64,000 bases of DNA from Bacillota bacterium (lineage in GTDB: Bacteria; Bacillota; Clostridia; Saccharofermentanales; DTU023), in NCBI GenBank assembly GCA_023622515.1, contig JAMNZB010000057.1, positions 16,243 through 80,242 of the forward strand, in the 5' to 3' direction. Under the pieces are notes generated by a model. The model was not told where the DNA came from, did no database searches, and saw nothing but the letters and a program-made list of their open reading frames with translations. The position numbers and the translations under genes are program-made. This document shows positions 46,835-56,294 of this stretch, piece by piece (the stretch's first letter is position 1; each line of letters opens with the position of its first letter).

Positions 46835-47773
46835 ATGTTAAAATTTACTTTGAAGAGAATCTTATTGATTATTCCGGTCTTGCTTGGAGTATCATTTATT
46901 ATATTTTTCATCATGGATCTGACCCCGGGCGACCCGGCAACGATTTTGCTGGGTGAAGCGGCAACGCCGGAGCAGATTGCAGAATTAAATGCCCAGCTGG
47001 GCTATGATAAGCCCTTTTTTATCCGCTATACCGACTATATGAAGAACCTCATTTTTAAATTTGATATGGGTACTTCCTACAGAACAAGGGCAAATGTTTC
47101 TGATGAAGTTTTTAGCCGTCTGCCGGTTTCCTTAAAATTAGCGTCTATGTCCATTATTGTTGCTATCTCGGTAGGGATTCCCCTGGGCATCCTTTCTGCC
47201 GTAAAGCAGTACAGCCTGTTTGATACGATACCAACAATTATGGCTTTGGCCCTGGCTTCCATGCCCGTCTTCTGGGTAGGGATGCTTCTCATGTGGGGCT
47301 TTGCCTTAAAGCTGGGTTGGTTCCCGGCGGGAGGAGCGGGAACTTGGCGCCACTTTGTTTTGCCTGTTGCCGGTTCCGGTCTGGGGGGTGCAGCCTCCTT
47401 ACTTAGGTATACTCGTTCCTCAATGCTGGAAACAATCAGACAGGACTACATCACAACGGCGAGAGCCAAGGGGGCGAAAGAACGGGTTGTCATTTGGGGC
47501 CATGCCTTAAAAAATGCCTTGCTGCCGATTATTACAGTAGCCGGCTTAAACTTTCTGGGTGTTATGGGTAACTCCATCACGACGGAAACTCTATTTACCT
47601 TGCCGGGAATTGGCTCGCAACTAGTTAATAGTATTCGCATGCAGGATGTTCCCATGGTTATGGGTGGCGTTTTAACCTACTCTTTCTTTTGTGCGGTAAT
47701 TATCCTTATTGTGGACATTTTATACGCTTTTGCTGACCCAAGAATAAAAGCAAAATATACGAAGAAGGTATAG
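46835..47773 (+). CDS. ABC transporter permease (OppB/DppB-like)
   Basis: MLKFTLKRILLIIPVLLGVSFIIFFIM is a typical N-terminus, and YITTARAKGAKERVVIWGHALKNA is the EAA-loop region. Confidence 0.9.
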   Translation: MLKFTLKRILLIIPVLLGVSFIIFFIMDLTPGDPATILLGEAATPEQIAELNAQLGYDKPFFIRYTDYMKNLIFKFDMGTSYRTRANVSDEVFSRLPVSLKLASMSIIVAISVGIPLGILSAVKQYSLFDTIPTIMALALASMPVFWVGMLLMWGFALKLGWFPAGGAGTWRHFVLPVAGSGLGGAASLLRYTRSSMLETIRQDYITTARAKGAKERVVIWGHALKNALLPIITVAGLNFLGVMGNSITTETLFTLPGIGSQLVNSIRMQDVPMVMGGVLTYSFFCAVIILIVDILYAFADPRIKAKYTKKV

Positions 47774-47777
47774 ATTT

Positions 47778-48665
47778 ATGTTGAATACATCAGTAGTAAG
47801 TGAATCTTTAGAATTTAAAAAGGAAAGTAACGCTAAGGAAATTTGGCGTCGATTTAGAAAAAATCCAAGCGCAATGGCCGGCTTAATAGTATTTATTATT
47901 ATACTTATCGCTATCATTGCAGCTCCGCTCTATGCTGATTATGGTGCGGTAACAAAACAGGATGTGCGGAATAAATTTGCCATCCCATGTGCAGATTATC
48001 CGCTTGGGACAGATGCTTATGGGCGTGATGAGCTGGCCAGATTGCTCTATGGCGGTCGAACTTCACTCATGATCGGTTTGTTGAGTTCGCTGGGCGCCCT
48101 TGTATTGGGTGGCACGATGGGACTGGTTGTTGGTTATGTCGGTGGACAATTTGATAATATTGTCATGCGTCTGGTCGATATTTTGGCCTCAATTCCTACT
48201 ATTCTCCTGGCACTTGCGATTGTTTCCGCCCTGGGTTCGAATTTTGTAAACCTCTTAATTGCCATTACGATATCCAGGGTACCGGCCTTTATTCGTGTAA
48301 CGAGAGCCTCCACCCTGAATATTGTTGATATGGAATATATCGAAGCCGCAGTAGCGGGTGGGGCGGGCCCTGTTCGGATTATTAGCAAGCATTTATTCCC
48401 TAATACCTTAGGTACGATTATTGTTCAGACCACGATGAGTTCTGCCCAAATGATTTTGCAAGCAGCAGCCCTTAGCTTTCTGGGTCTCGGTATTCAACCA
48501 CCTACACCGGAGTGGGGTTATATGCTTAGTGAAGCACGTGAAGTTATGAGGCTTCATCCCAGGTTAATGGTTTACCCCGGTGTAGCAATAATGCTGACAA
48601 CACTTTCGTTAAGCCTAATTGGTGACGGGTTAAGAGATGCTTTCGATCCACGTCTTAGAGATTAA
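47778..48665 (+). CDS. ABC transporter permease (OppC/DppC-like)
   Basis: PLGTDAYGRDELARLLYGGRTSL and the EAA-loop region YIEAAVAGGAGPVRIISKHLFPN. Confidence 0.9.
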   Translation: MLNTSVVSESLEFKKESNAKEIWRRFRKNPSAMAGLIVFIIILIAIIAAPLYADYGAVTKQDVRNKFAIPCADYPLGTDAYGRDELARLLYGGRTSLMIGLLSSLGALVLGGTMGLVVGYVGGQFDNIVMRLVDILASIPTILLALAIVSALGSNFVNLLIAITISRVPAFIRVTRASTLNIVDMEYIEAAVAGGAGPVRIISKHLFPNTLGTIIVQTTMSSAQMILQAAALSFLGLGIQPPTPEWGYMLSEAREVMRLHPRLMVYPGVAIMLTTLSLSLIGDGLRDAFDPRLRD

Positions 48666-48683
48666 AAGAGTTGAGGTTGCAAT

Positions 48684-49658
48684 ATGAGTGAAAGATTATT
48701 AGAGATAGAAAACCTGGAAGTGGTCTATGAAACAGATAAAGAGACGGTACACGCCGTTAATGGTATCTCTTTTCATATAGACAAAGGGGAAACCATTGGG
48801 ATTGTAGGAGAGACCGGAGCAGGAAAAACAACGACAGCCTTGTCTATTCTCAGACTCTTGCCTGAGCGGACGGGTAGAATAACCAATGGCTCAATTAAGT
48901 ATATGGGAGAGAATATACTGGAAATGAGCAACGATGAGATGATTTCCATTCGGGGAAATAAGATTGCCATGGTTTTCCAAGATCCGATGACAAGCTTAAA
49001 CCCGGTTATTTCCATAGGCAATCAAATTGGGGAAGTGGTAAGTATACATAACCCTACCTGGTCAAAGGCTCAGATTGAAGCCAGGGTTGAAGAGGTTTTG
49101 GAGCTGGTTGGTATCCTGCCATCAAGAAAAAACGAGTATCCCCACCAGTTTTCCGGTGGCATGAAGCAAAGGGTTGTTATCGCCATTGCTCTTGCTGCAA
49201 GCCCGCAGATTTTAATTGCCGACGAGGCGACGACGGCTCTTGACGTTACCATTCAGGCTCAAGTCTTGCTCCTGATGCAGGACTTAATTGAGCGCCTAGG
49301 TACGGCCTTGCTTCTGATTACTCACGACCTGGGTATTGTTGCAAAAATGTGTGACCGTGTAGCTGTTATGTATGCCGGTGAATTTATTGAGTTTGGCGAT
49401 GCCAAGGATATTTTTACCAGTGACAAGCACCACCCTTACACAGTAGGCTTATTCAACTCCATCCCTAATTTACGGGAAAAAACGGATAGGCTGTCGCCCA
49501 TTCCGGGCTTGATGCCTGATCCCACCAAACTACCTGAAGGATGCAACTTCTTTCCTCGATGTCCCTACCGTACCGAGATCTGTGAAAAAGTTGCTCCAAA
49601 GGCGATTGAAGTAGCTCCGGGACATGAGATTGCTTGCCACCTGTTTAATGAACAATGA
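48684..49658 (+). CDS. ABC transporter ATP-binding protein (OppD/DppD-like)
   Basis: Walker A GETGAGKT, signature FSGGMKQR, Walker B LIADEATTALD, and a C-terminal oligopeptide-type domain (CNFFPRCPY). Confidence 0.92.
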   Translation: MSERLLEIENLEVVYETDKETVHAVNGISFHIDKGETIGIVGETGAGKTTTALSILRLLPERTGRITNGSIKYMGENILEMSNDEMISIRGNKIAMVFQDPMTSLNPVISIGNQIGEVVSIHNPTWSKAQIEARVEEVLELVGILPSRKNEYPHQFSGGMKQRVVIAIALAASPQILIADEATTALDVTIQAQVLLLMQDLIERLGTALLLITHDLGIVAKMCDRVAVMYAGEFIEFGDAKDIFTSDKHHPYTVGLFNSIPNLREKTDRLSPIPGLMPDPTKLPEGCNFFPRCPYRTEICEKVAPKAIEVAPGHEIACHLFNEQ

Positions 49659-50650
49659 TGCTAGAGGTTACCATGATGAATAAAACGAACGATGTACCAT
49701 TAATAGAGTGTGTAAATTTAAAAAAGTACTTTGCTATTGACCGCCACTATAAAGTACATGCTGTAGATAACATAAACCTTAAAATACACAAGGGAAAAAC
49801 CCTAGGTGTTGTTGGCGAATCCGGCTGCGGAAAATCAACCTTGGGGAGGGTTATTCTTAAATTGCATGAACCGACTGCCGGACGGCTTTTATACCAAGGC
49901 AAAGATTATACCGACTATAGTAAAAGAAAAATGCGCGGAAACCGTCTTAAGATGCAATTTATTTTCCAAGACCCCTACGCCAGCCTTAATCCAAGAATGT
50001 CTGTTGCCGACCTGATTGCGGAAAACCTTATTGTCAATAAGCTTTTTAAGACAAAGGCAGAAATCTATGCTGAAGTTGGACGTATTATGGATGTTGTCGG
50101 TCTTGCCAGACGGGTTGCCGGCTCCTTCCCCCATGAATTGGATGGTGGGCGGCGTCAGCGTATTGGTGTTGCCCGTGCTATTTCCCTAAGGCCTGAATTT
50201 ATCGTCTGCGATGAACCGGTCTCTGCCCTTGACGTTTCTATCCAGGCTCAAATTCTCAATCTTTTGATGGATATTCAGGATGAGATGAAAATGACCTATA
50301 TGTTTATCACCCACGACTTAAGTGTTGTAAAACATATTTCCGATGAGATTATGGTTATGTACTTAGGCCAATGTGTTGAAATAGCCGAGGCAGACGAACT
50401 TTTTGATAATCCTCGTCATCCCTACACACGGGCCTTGCTTGACGCAATCCCTGAACCGGACTACAGCATGCGTCATAAGAGACTGAATGTTATTGAGGGA
50501 GAAGTTGGTAATCCGATTAACCCGAAGAAGGGTTGCCGTTTTGCCCCCAGATGTAAATATGTAACGGACGAATGTCTTAAGGAAGACCCGCCCATGCTTG
50601 AGGTTAATGATGCTCACCAAGTTGCCTGCATCCACCACATGAACATATAG
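49655..50650 (+). CDS. ABC transporter ATP-binding protein (OppF/DppF-like)
   Basis: Walker A GESGCGKST, signature-like LDGGRRQR, Walker B IVCDEPVSALD, and CRFAPRCKY. The start is either ATG 49655 (ATGA overlap) or ATG 49673. Confidence 0.9.
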   Translation: MMLEVTMMNKTNDVPLIECVNLKKYFAIDRHYKVHAVDNINLKIHKGKTLGVVGESGCGKSTLGRVILKLHEPTAGRLLYQGKDYTDYSKRKMRGNRLKMQFIFQDPYASLNPRMSVADLIAENLIVNKLFKTKAEIYAEVGRIMDVVGLARRVAGSFPHELDGGRRQRIGVARAISLRPEFIVCDEPVSALDVSIQAQILNLLMDIQDEMKMTYMFITHDLSVVKHISDEIMVMYLGQCVEIAEADELFDNPRHPYTRALLDAIPEPDYSMRHKRLNVIEGEVGNPINPKKGCRFAPRCKYVTDECLKEDPPMLEVNDAHQVACIHHMNI

Positions 50651-50879
50651 GCTGTTTACCGGAGTAAAAGATTCTTGTAAAAGTCGCAACATAGTTACAT
50701 TATTTATCTCCAAGCTAAGAGGAAGGGCTGGCTTGTTTGAAAGGACAGCCTTTTCTTTTAGCTTGTCCCTTTGGAATATGTAGGTCTGCTAAGGGCCTTC
50801 TTCTATTGCTCTAAAAGTGTCCAAAAGCTTTCTTCGTTCATAAGGTATAATCCCTTTTTTGCAAATAAATACTCTGAAA

Positions 50880-50909
50880 TTGGATAATAAGATTATATAC
50901 GGTTATAAT
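50880..50909 (+). promoter_or_regulatory. Candidate promoter for the crh-like/uvrC unit
   Basis: TTGGAT, an 18-nt spacer, then TATAAT (50904..50909), about 45 nt upstream of the ATG at 50953. Confidence 0.45.
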
Positions 50910-50952
50910 GTAAGCAGGAGTCGCTTTTAGTTTGTAACATGCGGAGGGAAAT

Positions 50953-51216
50953 ATGAAAGAATGCAAAATTATCTTAGAAGGTGAAGAGTCAACACAAATG
51001 AAGGCTATTGCCTTATTGATTCAAAAAGCTTCAGCGTTTCGCTCAAATATCCATATTCAAAGCGGAGAAAAACGGGCAAACGCAAAAAGTCTTTTAGGGC
51101 TAATGACGCTCGGGCTTACAGCAGGGTCGGAAATTTGTTTGTTGATTGATGGACCGGATGAAGAAGAGGCGATGGAGACTCTCCGAACCTGGCTCCAAAA
51201 TCCTGTGTTAGAGTAG
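50953..51216 (+). CDS. HPr-family protein of the Crh type (Ser46 region present, His15 absent)
   Basis: 87 aa. The region aligning to GLHARPA reads STQMKAI, with Gln at the His15 position as in Bacillus Crh. The Ser46 region NAKSLLGLMTLGL is conserved. Confidence 0.8.
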   Translation: MKECKIILEGEESTQMKAIALLIQKASAFRSNIHIQSGEKRANAKSLLGLMTLGLTAGSEICLLIDGPDEEEAMETLRTWLQNPVLE

Positions 51217-51237
51217 AGGTCTTTAAGGAGTTTAATT

Positions 51238-53139
51238 GTGGAAAGACCGGCGTCTTTTGATGCAAGATTAGATTTGATCCCTGAGGAACCGGGTGTATAT
51301 CTGATGAAAGATGCGGATGGCACGGTGATATACGTAGGCAAGGCGATTCAATTACCGCGGCGCCTACGTTCTTATTTTGTGCCTAATCCTAAGGGGGATG
51401 CACGAATTTTAGCGATGATTTCTCATATTAGAGATTTCGAGTATGTTTTGTGTGCCAATGAACTGGAAGCCTTAGTGCTGGAGAATAACCTCATTAAGCA
51501 ATACCGGCCGCGCTATAATATTCTCTTGCGTGATGACAAGGAATATCCCTATATCAAGGTGACCAAAAATGAGGCCTACCCCCGCGTTATGAAGTCTTTC
51601 CATATCGAAGAGGACTATAAGGAAGGGGTGCAATATTACGGCCCCTACCAGAGCGGCGATTTGCAGCGAGCTTTAAAAGCTATCTACGATATCTTCCCTC
51701 TTAAACGTTGCCGGCGGGTCCTGCCCCGCGATATAGGGAAAGAACGCCCTTGTTTAAATTACTATATTGGCAAGTGTGTGGGGCCCTGCCTAGGCTCTGT
51801 TTCTGAGGCAGATTATCGTGCCGTCATTGAGGAATTATGTTCTTTTCTGGATGGAAAATCCGTACCCTTTAGTCAAAAACTGGAAGAAGAAATGCATGGG
51901 GCGGCAGAGATAATGGACTTTGAAAGGGCTGCCCGCCTTCGTGACCGCCTTTATGCTTTGCAAAAATTGAATGAGCGCCAAGTTATTGTTAATGCCGACC
52001 TTAAGGGAGAGGCGGATGTTTTGGGGGCAGCGGAAAACGGCTCGGAAAAGGCCATCCAAATTCTTAAAATAAGGGAAGGTCGAATTATCTCGAGCGGCTC
52101 TTTCTTTTTTCCTGACCGGGGAGAAGAGAAAGCAGAAGTCTACCGTTCTTTCATCGAGCAGTATTATAGCCTTGGGCATAGCCTTCCTAAAGAGATTATC
52201 CTCTCTGAAATTCCCACTAACGGAAGGCAGATTGAACACTGGCTTAGTGGCCTGCGGGGAACAAAAGTTAGCTTACATAGGCCGGAGCGTGGCCTTAAGA
52301 AACGCTGGCTGGAAATGGGGGAGCGCAATGCAGGGGAAAGCCTGCTCCGGCACACGCTTGTGGGTGGTGGCTATGGAGATCGGGAAAGGACGCTGGAGGA
52401 TTTGCGTGAACGTCTGGCTTTAGCAGAATATCCAAGGCGGATCGAAGCCTATGATATTGCTAATCTGGGCGGTGTAGATAAGGCTGCTTCTATGGTGGTT
52501 TTTATCGATGGAAAGCCGAAGCGTTCCCTCTACCGCCACTTTCGCATCAAGAGCGTAGAGGGCCAAGATGACTATGCCTCCATGAATGAGGTGCTGGAAA
52601 GACGGTTGAAAAATTTATCGGACAAAGAGTTTGGCGAAAAGCCTCAGCTGATTCTTATTGACGGGGGGCTGGGCCACCTCTCAGCTGTCCGCTCCCAATT
52701 TACCGGGCAAGGAGCAGACATTGGCCTGGCTGCCATGGTTAAAGATTCCAAGCACAGGAGTCGTGGCTTGGTAACCATGGAAGGCAAAGAGATAAATCTG
52801 CGTCATAGCCGCGAAGAAGAAGATGAGATGGCTCCGGCAAGCCGCCATAAAGACTTGGCCTTATTACGCCTGGTAACCGCTATACAAAACGAGGCCCACC
52901 GCTTTGCCGGAAGACTTCAGAAAAATTTATCGAAAAAACGCAACTTGCGTTGGAACTTAGAAAGCATTCCCGGAGTTGGTCCCACCCGCCGCAAGCAGCT
53001 CTTGAAGGAGTTCAAAACACTTAAGGCCATCTCGGAAGCCAGCTTGGATCAGCTAAAAGCGGTTAGAGGGCTGCCGGAAAAGACCGCTGAAGCGGTATAT
53101 CGACATTTCTCAGAGAGGCAAGCGGGTGAGAACAAATGA
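51238..53139 (+). CDS. uvrC: Excinuclease ABC subunit C
   Basis: The GTG start follows AAGGAG. It has a GIY-YIG domain (PGVYLMKDADGTVIYVGKA ... LENNLIKQYRPRYNILLRDDK), a UVR domain (FERAARLRDRLYAL) and a C-terminal HhH (IPGVGPTRRKQLLKEF). Confidence 0.93.
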   Translation: MERPASFDARLDLIPEEPGVYLMKDADGTVIYVGKAIQLPRRLRSYFVPNPKGDARILAMISHIRDFEYVLCANELEALVLENNLIKQYRPRYNILLRDDKEYPYIKVTKNEAYPRVMKSFHIEEDYKEGVQYYGPYQSGDLQRALKAIYDIFPLKRCRRVLPRDIGKERPCLNYYIGKCVGPCLGSVSEADYRAVIEELCSFLDGKSVPFSQKLEEEMHGAAEIMDFERAARLRDRLYALQKLNERQVIVNADLKGEADVLGAAENGSEKAIQILKIREGRIISSGSFFFPDRGEEKAEVYRSFIEQYYSLGHSLPKEIILSEIPTNGRQIEHWLSGLRGTKVSLHRPERGLKKRWLEMGERNAGESLLRHTLVGGGYGDRERTLEDLRERLALAEYPRRIEAYDIANLGGVDKAASMVVFIDGKPKRSLYRHFRIKSVEGQDDYASMNEVLERRLKNLSDKEFGEKPQLILIDGGLGHLSAVRSQFTGQGADIGLAAMVKDSKHRSRGLVTMEGKEINLRHSREEEDEMAPASRHKDLALLRLVTAIQNEAHRFAGRLQKNLSKKRNLRWNLESIPGVGPTRRKQLLKEFKTLKAISEASLDQLKAVRGLPEKTAEAVYRHFSERQAGENK

Positions 53140-53852
53140 GACTATTTGCCATTGCCGATTTACACTTATCCTTGTCAACAGATAAACCCATGGATATTTT
53201 TGGTGCCCGTTGGGAAAATCACCATGAAAAGCTGGCGAAAAATTGGTGCGGGCTGGTAAAAAAAGAGGATGTTGTGCTTATTCCGGGAGATGTTTCTTGG
53301 GCTATGAACCTTAGGGAGGCCGAAGCAGACCTAAGGTTTTTACATGAGCTGCCCGGAGAAAAAATCCTCTTGCGGGGTAACCATGATTTTTGGTGGCAAG
53401 GTATTGGTAAGCTGGAGCGCTTTTGTAAGGAAAAAGGCTTCACGAGCCTGCGTTTTTTGCAGAATAATGCTTTCCTTCTCAAAGAACAGCTGGTCATTGC
53501 CGGAAGCCGTTTATGGCTCTTTCCTGATGACAGTCGTTTTACCAAGGCCGATGAAAAAATTCTCTTGCGGGAAAAAGCCCGTTTGCAGCTCTCGCTTGCC
53601 CAGGCTGAAAAATATCAAGGCCGCTACCCCATCCTGGCCATGACCCACTATCCCCCTTTTCGGAAAAACTTTGATGCGAATCCCATCACTGAACTGTTTC
53701 AAGAAGCCGGTGTCCGGCAAGTGGTTTTCGGGCATATCCACAACAGTGATAGCCCTTATTGTATTAGAGAAAAAATAATAGAAGGTATACCTTATAGCTT
53801 GGTGGCTGCAGATTATTTAGACTTTCTGCCGCAGCAGCTGGAGTATAGCTAA
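53136..53852 (+). CDS. Metallophosphoesterase-family protein
   Basis: AIADLHL, PGDVSWA, RGNHDFWW, MTHYPP and GHIHN match the calcineurin-like phosphoesterase motif series. The ATG overlaps the uvrC stop (ATGA). Confidence 0.75.
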   Translation: MRLFAIADLHLSLSTDKPMDIFGARWENHHEKLAKNWCGLVKKEDVVLIPGDVSWAMNLREAEADLRFLHELPGEKILLRGNHDFWWQGIGKLERFCKEKGFTSLRFLQNNAFLLKEQLVIAGSRLWLFPDDSRFTKADEKILLREKARLQLSLAQAEKYQGRYPILAMTHYPPFRKNFDANPITELFQEAGVRQVVFGHIHNSDSPYCIREKIIEGIPYSLVAADYLDFLPQQLEYS

Positions 53853-53894
53853 TAAGCATGAGCCAAGTGTAGATTATAGGTTACGGAGGATCTT

Positions 53895-54782
53895 ATGGCA
53901 AAAAGTATGACCGGCTTCGGTCGAGCAAAAGGTGAATATAATGGACTGACTATCAGCATGGAGTTGCGTTCGGTTAATTCTCGATATTTTGATATCAATA
54001 TACGCAGTCCGCGGATTTTTTCCGCCTTTGAAGCAGAATGGCGCAATCTCATAAAAGAAGAAATCAGTCGGGGCAAGTTGGAGCTTTCCGTGCGCTATAC
54101 GAATGAAAGTGATGACAGTCTAAATATTAAAGTGGATATCCCAAGAGCGAAAGCCTACAGAAAAGCTTTCCAAGAACTCTCTGAAGTCTTGGATGAAGAT
54201 GCCCAAAAACTACTCGGGCATATTTCCTCGGTTCCGGATATTTTCAGGATTGAAGAAGAACTACAAGATGAGGAAAGCCTAAAAGCCTTCAGCCTCGAAG
54301 TCTTGCAAGAGTGCCTGGAGGATTTTTCTTCAATGCGAGAACGAGAAGGCAAGATGCTGAAGGAGGATATGCTTTTGCGAACGGAAAAGATGACGGTTCT
54401 GCATGATAAGATTGCAGAAAAAGCAAAAACAATCCCGGAATATTATAGGAAGAAGTTATTGCAGCGCGTTGAAGAACTCTTAGGCGAATCGAAGGAAGAA
54501 TACTATGATGGCCAGAGAATTGCTGCGGAAGTGGCTATATTTGCCGATAAAGCGGACATTACAGAAGAGTTGGTCCGCTTGGAGAGCCATATAAGACAAT
54601 TTTCCGAGCTCATGGGCAATGAGGGGCCCAAAGGAAAGAAACTGGACTTTATTATTCAGGAAATGAATCGCGAGGCGAATACTATTGCTTCCAAGTCGCA
54701 AGATGTTGAGATGACCCGGCAGGCCGTTGAGATGAAAGGGCACATTGAACAATTGCGAGAGCAAGTTCAGAATATCGAGTAA
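53895..54782 (+). CDS. yicC: YicC-family stress-induced protein
   Basis: MTGFGRA, RSVNSRYFD, and the C-terminal KLDFIIQEMNREANTIASKS. Confidence 0.85.
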   Translation: MAKSMTGFGRAKGEYNGLTISMELRSVNSRYFDINIRSPRIFSAFEAEWRNLIKEEISRGKLELSVRYTNESDDSLNIKVDIPRAKAYRKAFQELSEVLDEDAQKLLGHISSVPDIFRIEEELQDEESLKAFSLEVLQECLEDFSSMREREGKMLKEDMLLRTEKMTVLHDKIAEKAKTIPEYYRKKLLQRVEELLGESKEEYYDGQRIAAEVAIFADKADITEELVRLESHIRQFSELMGNEGPKGKKLDFIIQEMNREANTIASKSQDVEMTRQAVEMKGHIEQLREQVQNIE

Positions 54783-54952
54783 AGGTAAATACAGCCGCTA
54801 GCACCACCCCCGGCAAATAAATGCTATGCTATTGGCTAGCGGAAAGGCTTTGAATTTGCTATCCTAAGTGGACAAAGCTAAGCGGACAAAGTTTTGTATT
54901 TGTAATTGAGGCAAAATAGTTAATACAATTTTCATTTGGAGAGTTTTTGTGT

Positions 54953-55219
54953 ATGGCGGAGAAAAAGACCTATATTTCTTGTGGATATGGAAGTTTTATT
55001 TCTCTTGAGCGCTTAATTGCTGTTGTGATGCCCGATGCTGCCCCTATTCGACGCTTGATTCAAGAGGCGAGAGAGCGTGGCAGCTTGATTGATGCTACAG
55101 CAGGCAGAAAAACATTATCGGTGATTATTATGGATACGGATCAAGTTATTCTTTCTGCATTACCCCCGGAGAAGTTGATCCGAGATGGAGAGAGTGAGGA
55201 GACTAATCATGCTTACTAA
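54953..55219 (+). CDS. remA: DUF370/RemA-family regulator
   Basis: It has the RemA pattern (IAVVMPDAAPIRRLIQEARERGSLIDATAGRKTLSVIIMDTDQVILSAL) and the conserved position between yicC and gmk. Confidence 0.8.
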   Translation: MAEKKTYISCGYGSFISLERLIAVVMPDAAPIRRLIQEARERGSLIDATAGRKTLSVIIMDTDQVILSALPPEKLIRDGESEETNHAY

Positions 55220-55820
55220 AGAAGCCATTGTATTAGCCATATCCGGTCCTTCCGGGGTAGGCAAAGGAACAATAATAAAGGCTGTCCGCGAAAAATTGCC
55301 AGACTCATATTTATCCATTTCCTGTACCAGCCGTCCTCCGAGAGGCGAAGAAGAAAACGGCAGAGACTACTATTTTGTGAGTCGTGAAGAATTTGAAACA
55401 ATGATTCGGGACGGGGCTATTCTCGAATACGATAAGTTTGTTGAGGAATATTACGGCACCCCTCTTGGCCCCTTAAAGGATAATCTTGCTAAGCAAAAGG
55501 ATATTATCCTGGATATTACGGTGAAAGGGGCACTCAGTATCAAGGATAAGTTGCCGGATGCCGTGACGGTCTTTCTTGTTCCGCCAAGTCTGGAAGTCTT
55601 AGAAGAAAGGCTCCGTGAGCGGGGTACAGAAAGTGAAGATAAAATAAAAAAACGGCTGGCTTATGCAAAAGACGAATTAGAAATGGCCAAGACATTTGAC
55701 TATATCGTATGTAATAATAACTTGGAGCAGTGCATAGCGAAAGTAGAGGCCATTATCCAAGCTGAGCGCTGCAGTAGCCAAAGACAAGGAAAAGTAGTAG
55801 ATTGTTTGTTGAAAGAATAG
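55209..55820 (+). CDS. gmk: Guanylate kinase
   Basis: The start at ATG 55209 gives MLTKEAIVLAISGPSGVGKGT (P-loop). TSRPPRGEEENGRDYYFVSREEF follows. Confidence 0.92.
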   Translation: MLTKEAIVLAISGPSGVGKGTIIKAVREKLPDSYLSISCTSRPPRGEEENGRDYYFVSREEFETMIRDGAILEYDKFVEEYYGTPLGPLKDNLAKQKDIILDITVKGALSIKDKLPDAVTVFLVPPSLEVLEERLRERGTESEDKIKKRLAYAKDELEMAKTFDYIVCNNNLEQCIAKVEAIIQAERCSSQRQGKVVDCLLKE

Positions 55821-55850
55821 ACTAAAAGTAGAAGTGAAGGAGAGCATTTC

Positions 55851-56294
55851 ATGTTATCAGAACCCCCTATTGAAAAATTATTACCGAAAGTGGAAAATCG
55901 TTATGTTCTAGCCATGCTAACGGCAAAGAGAGCCAGGCAGCTTGTTGACGGTGCCCAGGCACTTTCCGAAAAACGTTCAGCCAACCACATTACACAGGCT
56001 TCTATCGAGATTGAAAAAGACAAAGTCATTTCCATAAAAGGCGAATATCAAGTGTCGGTTCCCTTGCGTCCGGAAGTCGAAGCTGAACGTCTGGAAGCCC
56101 AGCGTCAGGCCTTGGAAAAAGCGGAAGAAGCCCGCATGGAAGAAAGAAAATATCAAGATCCCACTCAAGCGACAAAAAGAGAGCGTAGAGAAAAACAGAA
56201 GGCAAGAACTGATGCTTTTATGGAGCAAAATGCTCGTGACTTTACAGCCCAACTCTTAGAAATTATTGGCAAACAGGATGAAGGGGTAGAATAA
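55851..56294 (+). CDS. rpoZ: DNA-directed RNA polymerase subunit omega with long charged C-terminal extension
   Basis: The omega core is [16 protein letters not shown]. The total of 147 aa includes an E/K/R-rich tail. Confidence 0.85.
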   Translation: MLSEPPIEKLLPKVENRYVLAMLTAKRARQLVDGAQALSEKRSANHITQASIEIEKDKVISIKGEYQVSVPLRPEVEAERLEAQRQALEKAEEARMEERKYQDPTQATKRERREKQKARTDAFMEQNARDFTAQLLEIIGKQDEGVE

